A stretch of DNA of 64,000 nucleotides from Calditrichaceae bacterium (lineage in GTDB: Bacteria > Calditrichota > Calditrichia > Calditrichales > JBFXGD01). Positions 30,610 through 40,900 of this stretch are shown one piece after another (the stretch's first letter is position 1; every line of letters begins with the position of its first letter). Below the pieces are notes generated by a model. The model did no database searches. It was given only the letters and a program-made list of their open reading frames with translations, and was not told the DNA's origin. A program made the position numbers and the translations under genes. The DNA lies in the NCBI GenBank assembly GCA_050173015.1, contig JBFXLE010000001.1, forward strand, positions 279,077-343,076. Direction: 5' to 3'.

Positions 30610-31557
30610 ATGAACAATAAAAAATATCTTTCAGAACAGATAAAAATCATTTCACGGCAGCTTGGCTTTCATAAAACCGGTATTGCTCAGGCCAAAATTC
30701 TCCCTAATTCAGCTCATCTCATGGATTGGATTTCCGAAGGGCGGCATGGCAGTATGAACTGGATGGAAAACTATCTTGAGAAACGCCTGGATGTCACCGC
30801 GCTTTATCCGGAAGCCAGATCTGTGATTTCTGTTGCACATAACTATTTTACCCCTCATAAACATTCCCGCGATAAATCCGCGGGTAAAATCAGCCGCTAC
30901 GCCTGGGGAAAAGATTACCATAAGATTATCAAGAAAAAATTAAAAGAACTTCTGCGGGAAATAAAAAAACTGGACGATTCAATCGATGGACGCTTGTTTG
31001 TCGATACCGCGCCGATTCAGGATAAACTATGGGCGGAAGCCGCCGGAATCGGCTGGCAGGGAAAAAACACCAATATTTTGACCCGGGAAATGGGGTCATG
31101 GATTTTTTTGGGTGAGCTGGTCATCGACAAGGAATTGGAATATGACCGCCCTGTCGCCGATCATTGCGGAAGCTGTACAGCCTGCCTCGACGCCTGCCCG
31201 ACAGAGGCGCTCGAGCCATACAAAATAGACGCGCGGAAATGTATATCCTATCTTACAATTGAGCATTGGGATAAACCGATTCCCGGTGAATTCGCGGGTA
31301 AACTGGAGAACTGGATATTCGGCTGCGATATCTGCCAGGATGTTTGTCCCTGGAATTCATTTGCTGAAGAAACGGAAGAGGAAGGATATCAACCGGGTGA
31401 AGGCAATATTCAGCCGACGTTAAAGGAAATGGGTCTTTTGACGGAAGATGATTTTAAGAGAAGATTTAAAAAATCTCCGGTAAGCAGGGCAAAACACAAT
31501 AATTTTTTAAGAAATGTGCGTACGGTAATGAAAAATTCATCCGGTGAAAGCAGATGA
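30610..31557 (+). CDS. queG: epoxyqueuosine reductase
   Basis: ISRYAWGKDYH, VDTAP, GWQGKN, CGSCTACLDACPT, KCISYLTIE, GCDICQDVCPWN. Confidence 0.95.
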   Translation: MNNKKYLSEQIKIISRQLGFHKTGIAQAKILPNSAHLMDWISEGRHGSMNWMENYLEKRLDVTALYPEARSVISVAHNYFTPHKHSRDKSAGKISRYAWGKDYHKIIKKKLKELLREIKKLDDSIDGRLFVDTAPIQDKLWAEAAGIGWQGKNTNILTREMGSWIFLGELVIDKELEYDRPVADHCGSCTACLDACPTEALEPYKIDARKCISYLTIEHWDKPIPGEFAGKLENWIFGCDICQDVCPWNSFAEETEEEGYQPGEGNIQPTLKEMGLLTEDDFKRRFKKSPVSRAKHNNFLRNVRTVMKNSSGESR

Positions 31558-31569
31558 TCACCGGATGAA
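31536..31569. terminator. hairpin between convergent queG and iorB
   Basis: perfect 12-bp inverted repeat TTCATCCGGTGA-N10-TCACCGGATGAA overlapping the queG stop. Confidence 0.55.
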
Positions 31570-31583
31570 CCAAATGATTAAAA

Positions 31584-32150
31584 TTACGAATCTCGCCCCG
31601 TTCGGAAAGCTTTCAGATTGGTTTCAACCACTTTTTCACCCTTTCTTTTAAACAAATCTCTTATTTGTGCTTCCATTGTTTCCGTTTTTAAAGGAAGATA
31701 ATGTGAAGCGGCTCCGGCGATAACCATATTTGTGGCTCGTGATGAACCGGCTGCGCGCGCGAGTTCAAGGGTATCCATAATTTTGGCGTTCGGGATGAGA
31801 CGGATTTGTCCGAGGAGTTCCTTTAGGTCCGGGTAATCGGAAATATTGAGTTCGGGATTGGATGAGGTAATCAAATGCGCTCCATCAGCCAGATAATGTA
31901 CATACCGGAGGCTTTCAAGAGGTTCCATGCTCAGTAAAAGGGAAGCCGTTCCCGTAGGAATCAGATCACTGTGAATGGGTTCATCGGATATTCTCAGATT
32001 TGTATATACCGCCCCTCCGCGCTGTGACATTCCATGCACTTCAGATTGTTTGACAAAGAGTCCTTCTTTCATGGCGCTTGAAGCGATAATGGCGGAAATG
32101 GATAACACCCCCTGTCCGCCCACACCGGCAAGAATGACGTCGTATTTCAT
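31584..32150 (-). CDS. iorB: indolepyruvate ferredoxin oxidoreductase beta subunit
   Basis: AGVGGQG, SEVHGMSQRGG, EPLESLRY. Confidence 0.92.
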   Translation of the reverse strand: MKYDVILAGVGGQGVLSISAIIASSAMKEGLFVKQSEVHGMSQRGGAVYTNLRISDEPIHSDLIPTGTASLLLSMEPLESLRYVHYLADGAHLITSSNPELNISDYPDLKELLGQIRLIPNAKIMDTLELARAAGSSRATNMVIAGAASHYLPLKTETMEAQIRDLFKRKGEKVVETNLKAFRTGRDS

Positions 32151-33754
32151 ACGGTTACCTCCGTTTTCCTTTTTTTCTTGGCCGTTTCAATACATTCTCT
32201 GACCGCGATGATGACAGATACCCCTTTGTGTTCAATCTCTTTGCGGATAAGCCCGGTGTTTTCTTCGGTAAAGCGGCGGTGAGCGTTGACAATATGCAGA
32301 TGAGATTTGTCCAGTCCAAGACCAAGGACGACATCCTTTAGGCGTGAAGACGGAAGAATGGTCGGCTGGCCGCCGGTCATGCCGGTGGTTTCATTGTCAA
32401 GTATGATTAGTGTCATATTGGCCTTTGTAGCGATGGCGTCGATGAGCGGAGTGACACCGGAGTGCAGAAAGGTACTGTCGCCGATAACCGCCACTACAGG
32501 ATGGAATCCGGCGTCCGATGCTCCTTTCGCCATGCCGATGGACGCGCCCATATTTACTGTGGATTCAATAGCGGAATAAGGAGGCAGCGCTCCGAGGGTA
32601 TAACAACCGATGTCGGATGTGACCATGGAATTGGGGGATCCCTTAATCGCGGCCTTTATGGCATCAAAACTATCCGCGTGAGGGCAGCCCGCGCATAATT
32701 GCGGCGGCCGGTTGGCCGGTTTGTCGCCAGGGACGGAAAGGCCTTTTTTGATGCTTAAACCAAGGACAGGACGGACATTATCAGGCGTCAGTTCGCCCTC
32801 AGCCGGGACGTCACCGGATTCTTTCCCGATAATTTCAACAGCGGTAGGCAGAATGCCGCGGAGGAATCGTTCAAGAAACGGATAACCCTCTTCCAGCACA
32901 ATGACTTTTTTTACATGACCGGCCAGAGTCCGGATCTTTTCGTATGGCATGGGATAGGCGCTGACATGCAGGTGGGATGGCTTTTCAGCCAGTTCGCCGG
33001 CGTTTTCCAGATAATAATTTTTAGCGAGACCGGTGGTAATGATACCGGTTTCTTTAAAGTATTCATTGAGGAACAAAGGATTGTGATCCGATTTTTCCGT
33101 GTATTCCCGCATATCATTTTGTTTGTTCAAAAGATCATGCCACTGATTACGGGCGTTGGACGGCAGAAGAATCCATGATGAGGGGTTCGGCGCTTTATCG
33201 AGTTTGTTTTCATCTCGGGGATCGGATAGTTTTACGACCGCACGGCTGTGAGCAAGGCGTGTGACCAGGCGAATCATCACCGGAATCTGAAATTTTTCCG
33301 AAAGATCGAACGCTTCGCGGGTCATGTCATACGCTTCCTGCTGATTGGCGGGTTCGAGACAAATAATCCGGGCGAAATCCGCGAAATAGCGGCTATCCTG
33401 TTCATTCTGCGAGCTGTGCATGCCCGGGTCATCGGCGACAATCAGCACCAGTCCGCCATGGATGGATACGATCGCTGAGTTCATAAACGGATCGGCCGCT
33501 ACATTCAGGCCGACGTGTTTCATGGCCACCAGGCTTCTTTTTCCGGCGAAAGACACACCGAGCGCCGCTTCATAAGCGGTTTTCTCATTGGCGCACCAGT
33601 CGGCAATCAGTTTTGTATGCTTTTTGGAATATTGTCTTAAAAATTCCATAATTTCTGTGGAGGGTGTTCCCGGGTACGCGTATCCTGCAGTCATTCCGGC
33701 ATGGATCGCGCCCATAGCAACGGCTTCATCTCCCAGTAAAACCATTTCTGGCAT
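32147..33754 (-). CDS. iorA: indolepyruvate ferredoxin oxidoreductase alpha subunit (no C-terminal ferredoxin)
   Basis: LLGDEAVA, YPGTPSTEI, MKHVGLNVAAD, SSQNEQD, RPPQLCAGCPH, DIGCY, GDSTF.HSG; ATG 33754 has AAGGAG RBS. Confidence 0.92.
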   Translation of the reverse strand: MPEMVLLGDEAVAMGAIHAGMTAGYAYPGTPSTEIMEFLRQYSKKHTKLIADWCANEKTAYEAALGVSFAGKRSLVAMKHVGLNVAADPFMNSAIVSIHGGLVLIVADDPGMHSSQNEQDSRYFADFARIICLEPANQQEAYDMTREAFDLSEKFQIPVMIRLVTRLAHSRAVVKLSDPRDENKLDKAPNPSSWILLPSNARNQWHDLLNKQNDMREYTEKSDHNPLFLNEYFKETGIITTGLAKNYYLENAGELAEKPSHLHVSAYPMPYEKIRTLAGHVKKVIVLEEGYPFLERFLRGILPTAVEIIGKESGDVPAEGELTPDNVRPVLGLSIKKGLSVPGDKPANRPPQLCAGCPHADSFDAIKAAIKGSPNSMVTSDIGCYTLGALPPYSAIESTVNMGASIGMAKGASDAGFHPVVAVIGDSTFLHSGVTPLIDAIATKANMTLIILDNETTGMTGGQPTILPSSRLKDVVLGLGLDKSHLHIVNAHRRFTEENTGLIRKEIEHKGVSVIIAVRECIETAKKKRKTEVTV

Positions 33755-34008
33755 GGCAATCTCCTTATTTAATTGCAAGATAGAAGTTTAATCAACCAAT
33801 ACCCTAAAATCAAACACCCTTTTAATTTCTTTTGCTCTAATTTTATAGTTGATTTTGAGAGTTTCCCGGGAACGGATTTCCGCGAATGATATTAGTGTTA
33901 ATTATACTTTTTTTTGCTTTATGGTGGCATCAGTATGATTTTAGGGATTATATTGATTTTCTGATTTTGAACCGTAAATACAAATCGTTATACAGATATG
34001 GAGGACTC

Positions 34009-36021
34009 ATGCGCAATATTTTTGTAACAGCAGGTTTAATGCTGATGTTAATGAGCGGCCTGACGGCATCGGATAAAAAGCCGATCACCTTTGAAGATTT
34101 TTTTGGGATGCAGCGCCTCGGGACGGTCGCCGTCAGTCCGGACGGGAAAATGGCGGCTTACACACTGACGACGCCCAATATCGAAAATAATAATTCTAAG
34201 ACAGATATTTGGCTGATTGATTTAAAATCAAATCAAAGCAGTCAATTTACCAATGATGAGAAATCCAGCTCAGGTCCGGTCTGGTCACCGGATGGAAAAA
34301 TCCTTTATTTCAGCAGAGCGGGTCAAATCTGGAAAAAATCGGTGAGCGGCGTGGAAGATGTTCAGGTTACCGATTTTCCCATGGGCGCGGGTGGAATGAT
34401 TCTCAGCAACGATGGAAGTAAAATGCTCTTTGCCTCTGACGTTTATCCGGAATGTGAGACCATAGACTGTAATAAGCAAAAAATGGAAGAAGCGGAAAAC
34501 AGTAAAGTAAAAGCGCGGGTTATCGACCAGTTGATGTACCGTCACTGGAACCGCTGGCTGGAGGGTAAACGCAGTCATGTTTTCATCGCGGGATCGGACG
34601 GTAAAAATATCAGGGATATAACTCCGGGTGATTACGATACGCCTCCCCTTGATCTTGGCGGAAATCAGGATTATGTATTTTCACCGGATGGAAAAGAAAT
34701 ATGTTTTGTCCGGAATATGGATAAAATTGTCGCCGCCAGCACGAATAATGATTTGTTTCTTGTCCCCTCCGCCGGAGGAGAAATCGTAAAATTAACGGAT
34801 AATCCGGCCAATGATAACAATCCGCAGTATTCACCTGATGGCCGTTATCTTGCTTACAGAGCCATGAGCAGGCCCGGATTTGAAGCTGATAAATACCGCC
34901 TGATGCTTTACGACCGAAAAAACAAAACTACACGCGAACTTCTGAAAGACTTCAATCTCTCGGTCGGGTCGATCATCTGGCATCCCAAAGGGGATAAAAT
35001 TTATTTTACGGCTGACGAACAGGACGCGGTCAGTCTGTACAAAACGGATCTGAAGAACGGGGAGACGGAAGCGGTTTTGAAAGGACATTTTATCACCTCG
35101 GTTCAGTTCATTTCGAATGATGAAGTCCTTTTTAAAAAACAGGCGGCCAATATGCCGTATGAGCTGTTTAAAATGAGTCTGAAGGATAAAAAACCGGTTC
35201 AGATCAGCCAAATTAACACGGAACGGCTTGCGGGACTGGAACTGCCCGAATATGAGTCGTTCTGGTTTGAAGGCGCGAAAGGGGATAAGGTACAGGGTTT
35301 TATCCTGAAACCGCCGTTTTTTGATCCGGCCAAAAAATACCCGGCTATTCAGTTGATACACGGCGGGCCGCAGGGCGCGTGGACAGATGATTTTCATTTC
35401 CGCTGGAATTATCAGATGTTTGCCGCTCCGGGTTATGTGGTGTATATGATCAATTTCCACGGCAGCCACGGTTATGGACAGGATTTTACCGACGCGGTGT
35501 CAAAAGACTGGGGCGGCGCGCCGTATGAAGACCTTGTAAAAGGGACAGAATATGTACTCGCCAATTATTCCTTTATTGATAAAGATCGTCTTGGCGCCGC
35601 GGGAGCGTCCTATGGCGGATTTATGATTAACTGGATTGCGGGTCATGACAACCCTTTTAAATGTCTCGTATCCCATGACGGTGTGTATGAACAGGTGAGT
35701 ATGTACGGAGCGACGGAGGAACTTTGGTTTCCTGAATGGGAATTTAACGGAATGCCCTGGGAAGAAGGATCGTTGTACCGAAAATGGTCACCGGCCTCTC
35801 ACGCGCAGAATTTTAAAACCCCGGTGCTTGTCATCCACGGTGAGCATGATTACCGGGTTCCGTACACACAGGGTTTGCAGATGTTTACGGCTTTGCAGAG
35901 GCAGGGGGTAAAATCGAAGCTGCTTTTCTTTCCCGATGAAGATCATTTTGTGCAGAAACCACAGAATGCCCGGCTTTGGTGGAAAACCGTTCATGAATGG
36001 TTTGCGGAGTTTTTAAAATAA
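34009..36021 (+). CDS. S9 family prolyl oligopeptidase / dipeptidyl peptidase (secreted, PD40 propeller)
   Basis: SPDG repeats, IHGGPQG, GASYGG, DYRVP, EDH; ATG 34009 follows GGAGG and begins a signal peptide. Confidence 0.92.
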   Translation: MRNIFVTAGLMLMLMSGLTASDKKPITFEDFFGMQRLGTVAVSPDGKMAAYTLTTPNIENNNSKTDIWLIDLKSNQSSQFTNDEKSSSGPVWSPDGKILYFSRAGQIWKKSVSGVEDVQVTDFPMGAGGMILSNDGSKMLFASDVYPECETIDCNKQKMEEAENSKVKARVIDQLMYRHWNRWLEGKRSHVFIAGSDGKNIRDITPGDYDTPPLDLGGNQDYVFSPDGKEICFVRNMDKIVAASTNNDLFLVPSAGGEIVKLTDNPANDNNPQYSPDGRYLAYRAMSRPGFEADKYRLMLYDRKNKTTRELLKDFNLSVGSIIWHPKGDKIYFTADEQDAVSLYKTDLKNGETEAVLKGHFITSVQFISNDEVLFKKQAANMPYELFKMSLKDKKPVQISQINTERLAGLELPEYESFWFEGAKGDKVQGFILKPPFFDPAKKYPAIQLIHGGPQGAWTDDFHFRWNYQMFAAPGYVVYMINFHGSHGYGQDFTDAVSKDWGGAPYEDLVKGTEYVLANYSFIDKDRLGAAGASYGGFMINWIAGHDNPFKCLVSHDGVYEQVSMYGATEELWFPEWEFNGMPWEEGSLYRKWSPASHAQNFKTPVLVIHGEHDYRVPYTQGLQMFTALQRQGVKSKLLFFPDEDHFVQKPQNARLWWKTVHEWFAEFLK

Positions 36022-36041
36022 ATGACGGAAATTGTAACAGC

Positions 36042-36082
36042 ATCATCCGGTGAAATTCAATTTTGCCGGATGATTGTTTTTT
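36042..36082 (+). terminator. intrinsic terminator after the S9 peptidase
   Basis: ATCATCCGGTGAAA...TTTGCCGGATGAT followed by TGTTTTTT. Confidence 0.7.
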
Positions 36083-36137
36083 AATCCGTGCATTAAAATG
36101 TAAATAATGGCTTAATCTATTGAAGATTGAATTTATT

Positions 36138-36635
36138 TTATTTTGACCATGCCCTTAAACGTTTTATACACTCAGAAGTTGGAAGCCGCTTATTTTTAGA
36201 CATTAATAATGATAGTTTTTGATGCGCTTGTTTTGTAGTAATTATTTTATTTTGCACAAGTTGATCAAAAATCCATAAAATCCCATGTACGATTAGCTCA
36301 CGCTGACTTGCAAAATTCCGTAAGTGCTTATCTCCTGTAAGAATAGCGGATTGTGTTTTTTGAGCTAATAAAAACACAGAACAATCAGCAACTGATAGCG
36401 ATTTAACCTGACTATTTAAGTAAATAATTTCAGCCATTTCTTCTTCACTAGAATTTTTTACAACTAATAATTCTTTTTCAATTATGGGTGTGACTATTTC
36501 TATTTGTTCGTCATTAATTTCACTGAGTACAAAATCAGTGGTATAAAAACTTATTTGCAGTTGAAATAACTCGTTGAACATGTCAATATTCAATAAATCT
36601 ATTATAATATTCGCATCCTGAATGGCTAAAAACAT
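36138..36635 (-). CDS. PIN-domain protein (putative ribonuclease toxin)
   Basis: IQDANIIIDL, FVLSEI, LSVADCS, LTGDKHLR acidic PIN pattern; VHGILW C-terminal motif. Confidence 0.8.
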   Translation of the reverse strand: MFLAIQDANIIIDLLNIDMFNELFQLQISFYTTDFVLSEINDEQIEIVTPIIEKELLVVKNSSEEEMAEIIYLNSQVKSLSVADCSVFLLAQKTQSAILTGDKHLRNFASQRELIVHGILWIFDQLVQNKIITTKQAHQKLSLLMSKNKRLPTSECIKRLRAWSK

Positions 36636-36639
36636 CCGC

Positions 36640-37686
36640 CTAAATCACCTGAAAATTATTTTGCAGATCTGCTAAACGCAGATTTAAGAGTGATGCAGCT
36701 TTGTTTAGAGTTATTATTTCTTCTGACGCGGCGTGATAAACGAGACTGGTAAATCGACTAGTGGTTTCCAGGCCTCTATATTCTCCTGGTTCCTGTTTTA
36801 AATAATTCCACTTAGCCATTGATATTCTAAATTGTCTGAAGTGCCGTTCGTTTATTAAATCGAGTGCAAATAATCTTGCCATAATTGCTTGCATAGAAAT
36901 ACCGTAATGTTCTTTTATTGCTTTTAACTCTTCCATAGAAATACGTTTTCTATTCTTACCCAATTCCCGAATTAATTCATTTTTCGGAAGTAATAGCGCT
37001 CCAGCAAAGCTATGACATAATTTTTCGGTCATTTTATCATTTATTTGAGAAGCAAATTCAAGTGCCAGGTGAGCGAATTCATGTAAAACGGTAAATCGTT
37101 TACGGACAATATCTACGTTCTTATTTAGAACAATTATCGGAATGTTACCAACCCATGCCGGAAGCCCATCAAATACGCTATTGTCTTCGGTCTCAAATAT
37201 TTTGATTCCCCGGTTCTCTAATATTTCTACGACGTTATGAATGGGATCAGCGCCTAAATCCCAACTCTCCCGTAATTGATCAGCGGCATTTTCAATATCT
37301 TGTTGATTTTGAATAATAATATTCTCAAGTGGATTTTTAAATTCAATATCAGCACTTAACAACAGTTCTATCTCGGTATATCTTTCCAAAAAATCTAGGG
37401 TTTTTTCTTTAACAGAATTTTGTGCCTTACTGCCCATTTTTGCCCGTTTACGAAACTCAATTTTGTTTAATTCAATATTCTTTTCTCTAAAAAAGTAATC
37501 AACCTTCAATTCAAGCGCGGATGCGATCTTAATTAAAATTTCGCTGCCTGGAAACATTAAGCCATGTTCGTATTTATTAAGAGCTTGTTTAGAGACAAAA
37601 TTATCCATTTTATCAGCTAACGCCTGTAGAGATAATCCTCTCATAAGACGAGCGCTCTTTAATCTCTGTGAAAATATATTTTTCAT
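36640..37686 (-). CDS. XRE-family HTH + ImmA/IrrE metallopeptidase domain protein
   Basis: RLKSARLMRGLSLQALA..SKQALNKYE HTH; RKRFTVLHEFAH (HEXXH), EKLCHSFAGALLLP; ATG at 37686 with GAAGGGG RBS. Confidence 0.88.
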   Translation of the reverse strand: MKNIFSQRLKSARLMRGLSLQALADKMDNFVSKQALNKYEHGLMFPGSEILIKIASALELKVDYFFREKNIELNKIEFRKRAKMGSKAQNSVKEKTLDFLERYTEIELLLSADIEFKNPLENIIIQNQQDIENAADQLRESWDLGADPIHNVVEILENRGIKIFETEDNSVFDGLPAWVGNIPIIVLNKNVDIVRKRFTVLHEFAHLALEFASQINDKMTEKLCHSFAGALLLPKNELIRELGKNRKRISMEELKAIKEHYGISMQAIMARLFALDLINERHFRQFRISMAKWNYLKQEPGEYRGLETTSRFTSLVYHAASEEIITLNKAASLLNLRLADLQNNFQVI

Positions 37687-37701
37687 CAATTAATCCCCTT
37701 C

Positions 37702-37742
37702 TTGTTGACAAATGTATATAAAATTGATGTGTTTGTCAACAA
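37702..37742 (-). promoter_or_regulatory. palindromic operator overlapping a sigma70 promoter of the XRE-ImmA/PIN cassette
   Basis: perfect 11-bp IR TTGTTGACAAA-N19-TTTGTCAACAA; minus strand contains TTGACA-N17-TACATT. Confidence 0.75.
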
Positions 37743-37983
37743 CCGGTTTAAAAAATTATTCGTTAAAATATTTGTTATTCTTCATATACTAAAGTAATAT
37801 TCTAACATGCTGTATACGGATTATCTATCCGGAATATTAATTCAGAAAGAAACAATACAGCGAATAATCCGGTTGTCATGTTTTGTTTAGTGGAAGCCCG
37901 GATTGTTTGAATGCTAAATCAAGTTTATTTAATAGATGTCGATCTGTATCCTCAGAAAACAGAAATAAAAACCGGAAGAGTGA

Positions 37984-40900
37984 ATGAAAAATTATTGGTT
38001 CATTATTTTAATATTTCTGACTGGCGGCCTGTTGGACGCCGGTAATCAGATCGAGCGGCAAAATCCCGAAAAAAATAATCTGAGAAGAAATTCCACGCTC
38101 CAATCCAATGAATCCAAAGTCGACGCGGTAACAGGCGCGGTCCGGTATTTTTACAAAGAGAATTTTCTTCCGGTATCAACAAATCCGCAAAACGCCGCCC
38201 GTGAATATCTTCAGGCAAAAGCCGGCGCACTCGGTATTGATCCGGACCTAAAATCCTTACAATGGCTCAAAACAAACAGATCTCCCGGCGGAACACATGT
38301 CATTTATCGCCAGCGGTTGGCCGGTATTCCCGTCTTTCAGTCCGAAATCGTCGTGACGATCAATAAATCAAACCAAGTATCTTTTCTTTCCAGTGAATAC
38401 AGACCGCGAATTTCGCTAAGAAACAAGATCGCATTCATAACTCAAAAACATGCGATTGATTTAGCCAGAGAATATCTGCAGGTGACCGGAACATTACTTG
38501 GTCCGGAATCGGCGACGCTGATGATCTTTGATAGCGCGGACCGCGGCGCGGAACTGTCATGGAGAGTAAGTCTTCCGGTGACGGAACCGTTTGGGGATTG
38601 GGATGTGTTCGTCAACGCCCATGACGGCCGGATTATCCATGTAAAAAACAGGGTGATGTACGGAAGCGCGGCTGATGGCCAGGGAATGATCTGGGATCCC
38701 GATCCGATCACAACGGCCAATATTGGTTATGGAGGGAATTTCGCGGATAATCTGGATTCAACCAATGCAGATCTCGATAACCAGAGAATACAGGTTGTTT
38801 TGAGAGATTTAACCTATGAGAACGGGGTGTATAAATTAAAAGGACCGTATGCGGTTTTAAAAGATTTTGAGAATCCCGCGGATGTGTTTCCGGAGCTTCC
38901 GGATTCTTCCGCCTTTAATTTTACCCGGAATCAACAGGCCTTCGAAGCGGTGATGGCTTATTATCATATTGACGCCTCCACCAGGCGGTTAGTCGAACTT
39001 GGATTTGAAATACCTGAACAGGATAGTTTTAAAGTGGATCCGCACGGGTTAAACGGTGATGATAATTCACATTATATTCCGTCGCAAAATTATGTCGCCT
39101 TTGGTGAAGGCGGTATTGACGACGCCGAAGACGCGGATGTGATCTGGCATGAACACGCGCATTCTTTTCAGACCAATTTTGGTCCATCGGATATGAGCTA
39201 CTCCGGCGAGACCATGTCGCTTCAGGAAGGCTCATCCGACTACTGGGCGTCATCCCATTCACGGACGGTTAATGATTATGATTGGGGAATGGTGTTTAAC
39301 TGGGATAGCGGGAACGGTCAGATTTGGAGGGGACGACGTTGTGATACCGATCTGCGTTATCCCGAAGATTATGTTCCTGAACATGAAGGAGGGCAAATCT
39401 GGTCGTCGGCGCTGATGAAAATCTGGCGGGATCTGGGCAGTGATGTCACCGACGCGCTGTTTCTGCAGACGCATTTTCTATGGGGTATTTCTCCCGGGAT
39501 GCAGGACGCCGCGCAGGCGTTTATTCAGGCTGATCAGATGCTTTTCAACGGCGCTCACCTGCCTGTGATCCTGGATCATTTTGAATTTCACGGTCTGATA
39601 AACAGCGATGATTATTTTCCTGAAATCGTTCATACACCGCATTTGGATACGGAAGATGAAGCGGGACCGTATCTCATCACGGCGGAAATTACACAGAAAC
39701 TTTATGGTCTCGATTCCACCCGGATCCGGCTGATTTACGGCTACGGAGGATTGACGGACACTTTGGTCATGATACCGACCGGGAATATAAATGAATTCAG
39801 CGCTTCCATACCGGGTCTGTCTCAAAGCGCCGAAATACAATATTATATCGCGGCGGCGGATACGGCGGGATGGATTTCCTATAGTCCAGAAAACGCGCCG
39901 GATGATTTTTACTCCTTTCACACGGGAACAGATCTGACACCGCCGGTGATTGTTCATAAAGCATTATACAATCAGCCTACCTTAACCTGGCCCGCTGTGG
40001 TATCAGCCGAGGTAACGGATAACCTGGGTGTAGATTCTGTATTTTGTGATTATTATTTAAATGATTCAACAATTACCGGTCTGTTTCCATTACTGCCGGC
40101 CGGGGATAATTTATTTGAATCGCCTTTTCCCTTTGATACGACTGAAATTAATGTGGGTGACAGGATTTTCTACAGACTCACCGCGCGGGATCTTTCTGTT
40201 TCGAAAAATGAATCTTTTTCTCCGGATGCGGGCTATTATTCATTCGAACTGGTGGAAAGTAAGGGAATAATATTGTTGATCGATGATGATCCCGTTTCTC
40301 AGAAAGCGGTTTCAGCGAAGGGGGCGGTTGTCCGGGCGAAAGATTCGTTCGGTAAATCAGCGGATTCCATGAATGACTGGCTCCTGGCTTCAGGATATCT
40401 GGTTGAAAAAGCGGATGTTCAAACGGCGTTGGGAATTGATTTTTCCGCTTTTGATTTGATTGTCTCTTCAAGCGGAGCAAACGGGGATCCTCTGGCAAGT
40501 TCGGAGTACAGAAGCAAGCTGGAAGGATGGGTGCAGAATAGTGCTCATAAATTATTGATTGAAGGCGGTGAAGTGGGTTACGCGGTTCATAGTGAAAATA
40601 CGACACCGGTCTATCCGGCCTTCGCGGCGAATGTTCTGCATACGGTAGAGTGGATGAATGATCCGACAGACCCGCTTGTGCTTTCCGGAGGCTATAAAAA
40701 TCATCCCGTGGTCACACTCCCGGACGCGCTTCCCGATACCATAAGCATGACGTATGACGATCTCAACTCGGGATGGTATGATCAGGACGCCATGCGCCCG
40801 GCATCAGACGCTTATTTGATATATAAGGCGTGGTTTCAGAACTACGCGGGATTGATCATTTTTGATGATGATACGGACAGCACTTCCGCGCAGATCATCT

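Noticed and set aside
36022-37983. Mobile element call for the AT-rich cassette
   Set aside because: No integrase, transposase, terminal repeats or target duplication could be seen
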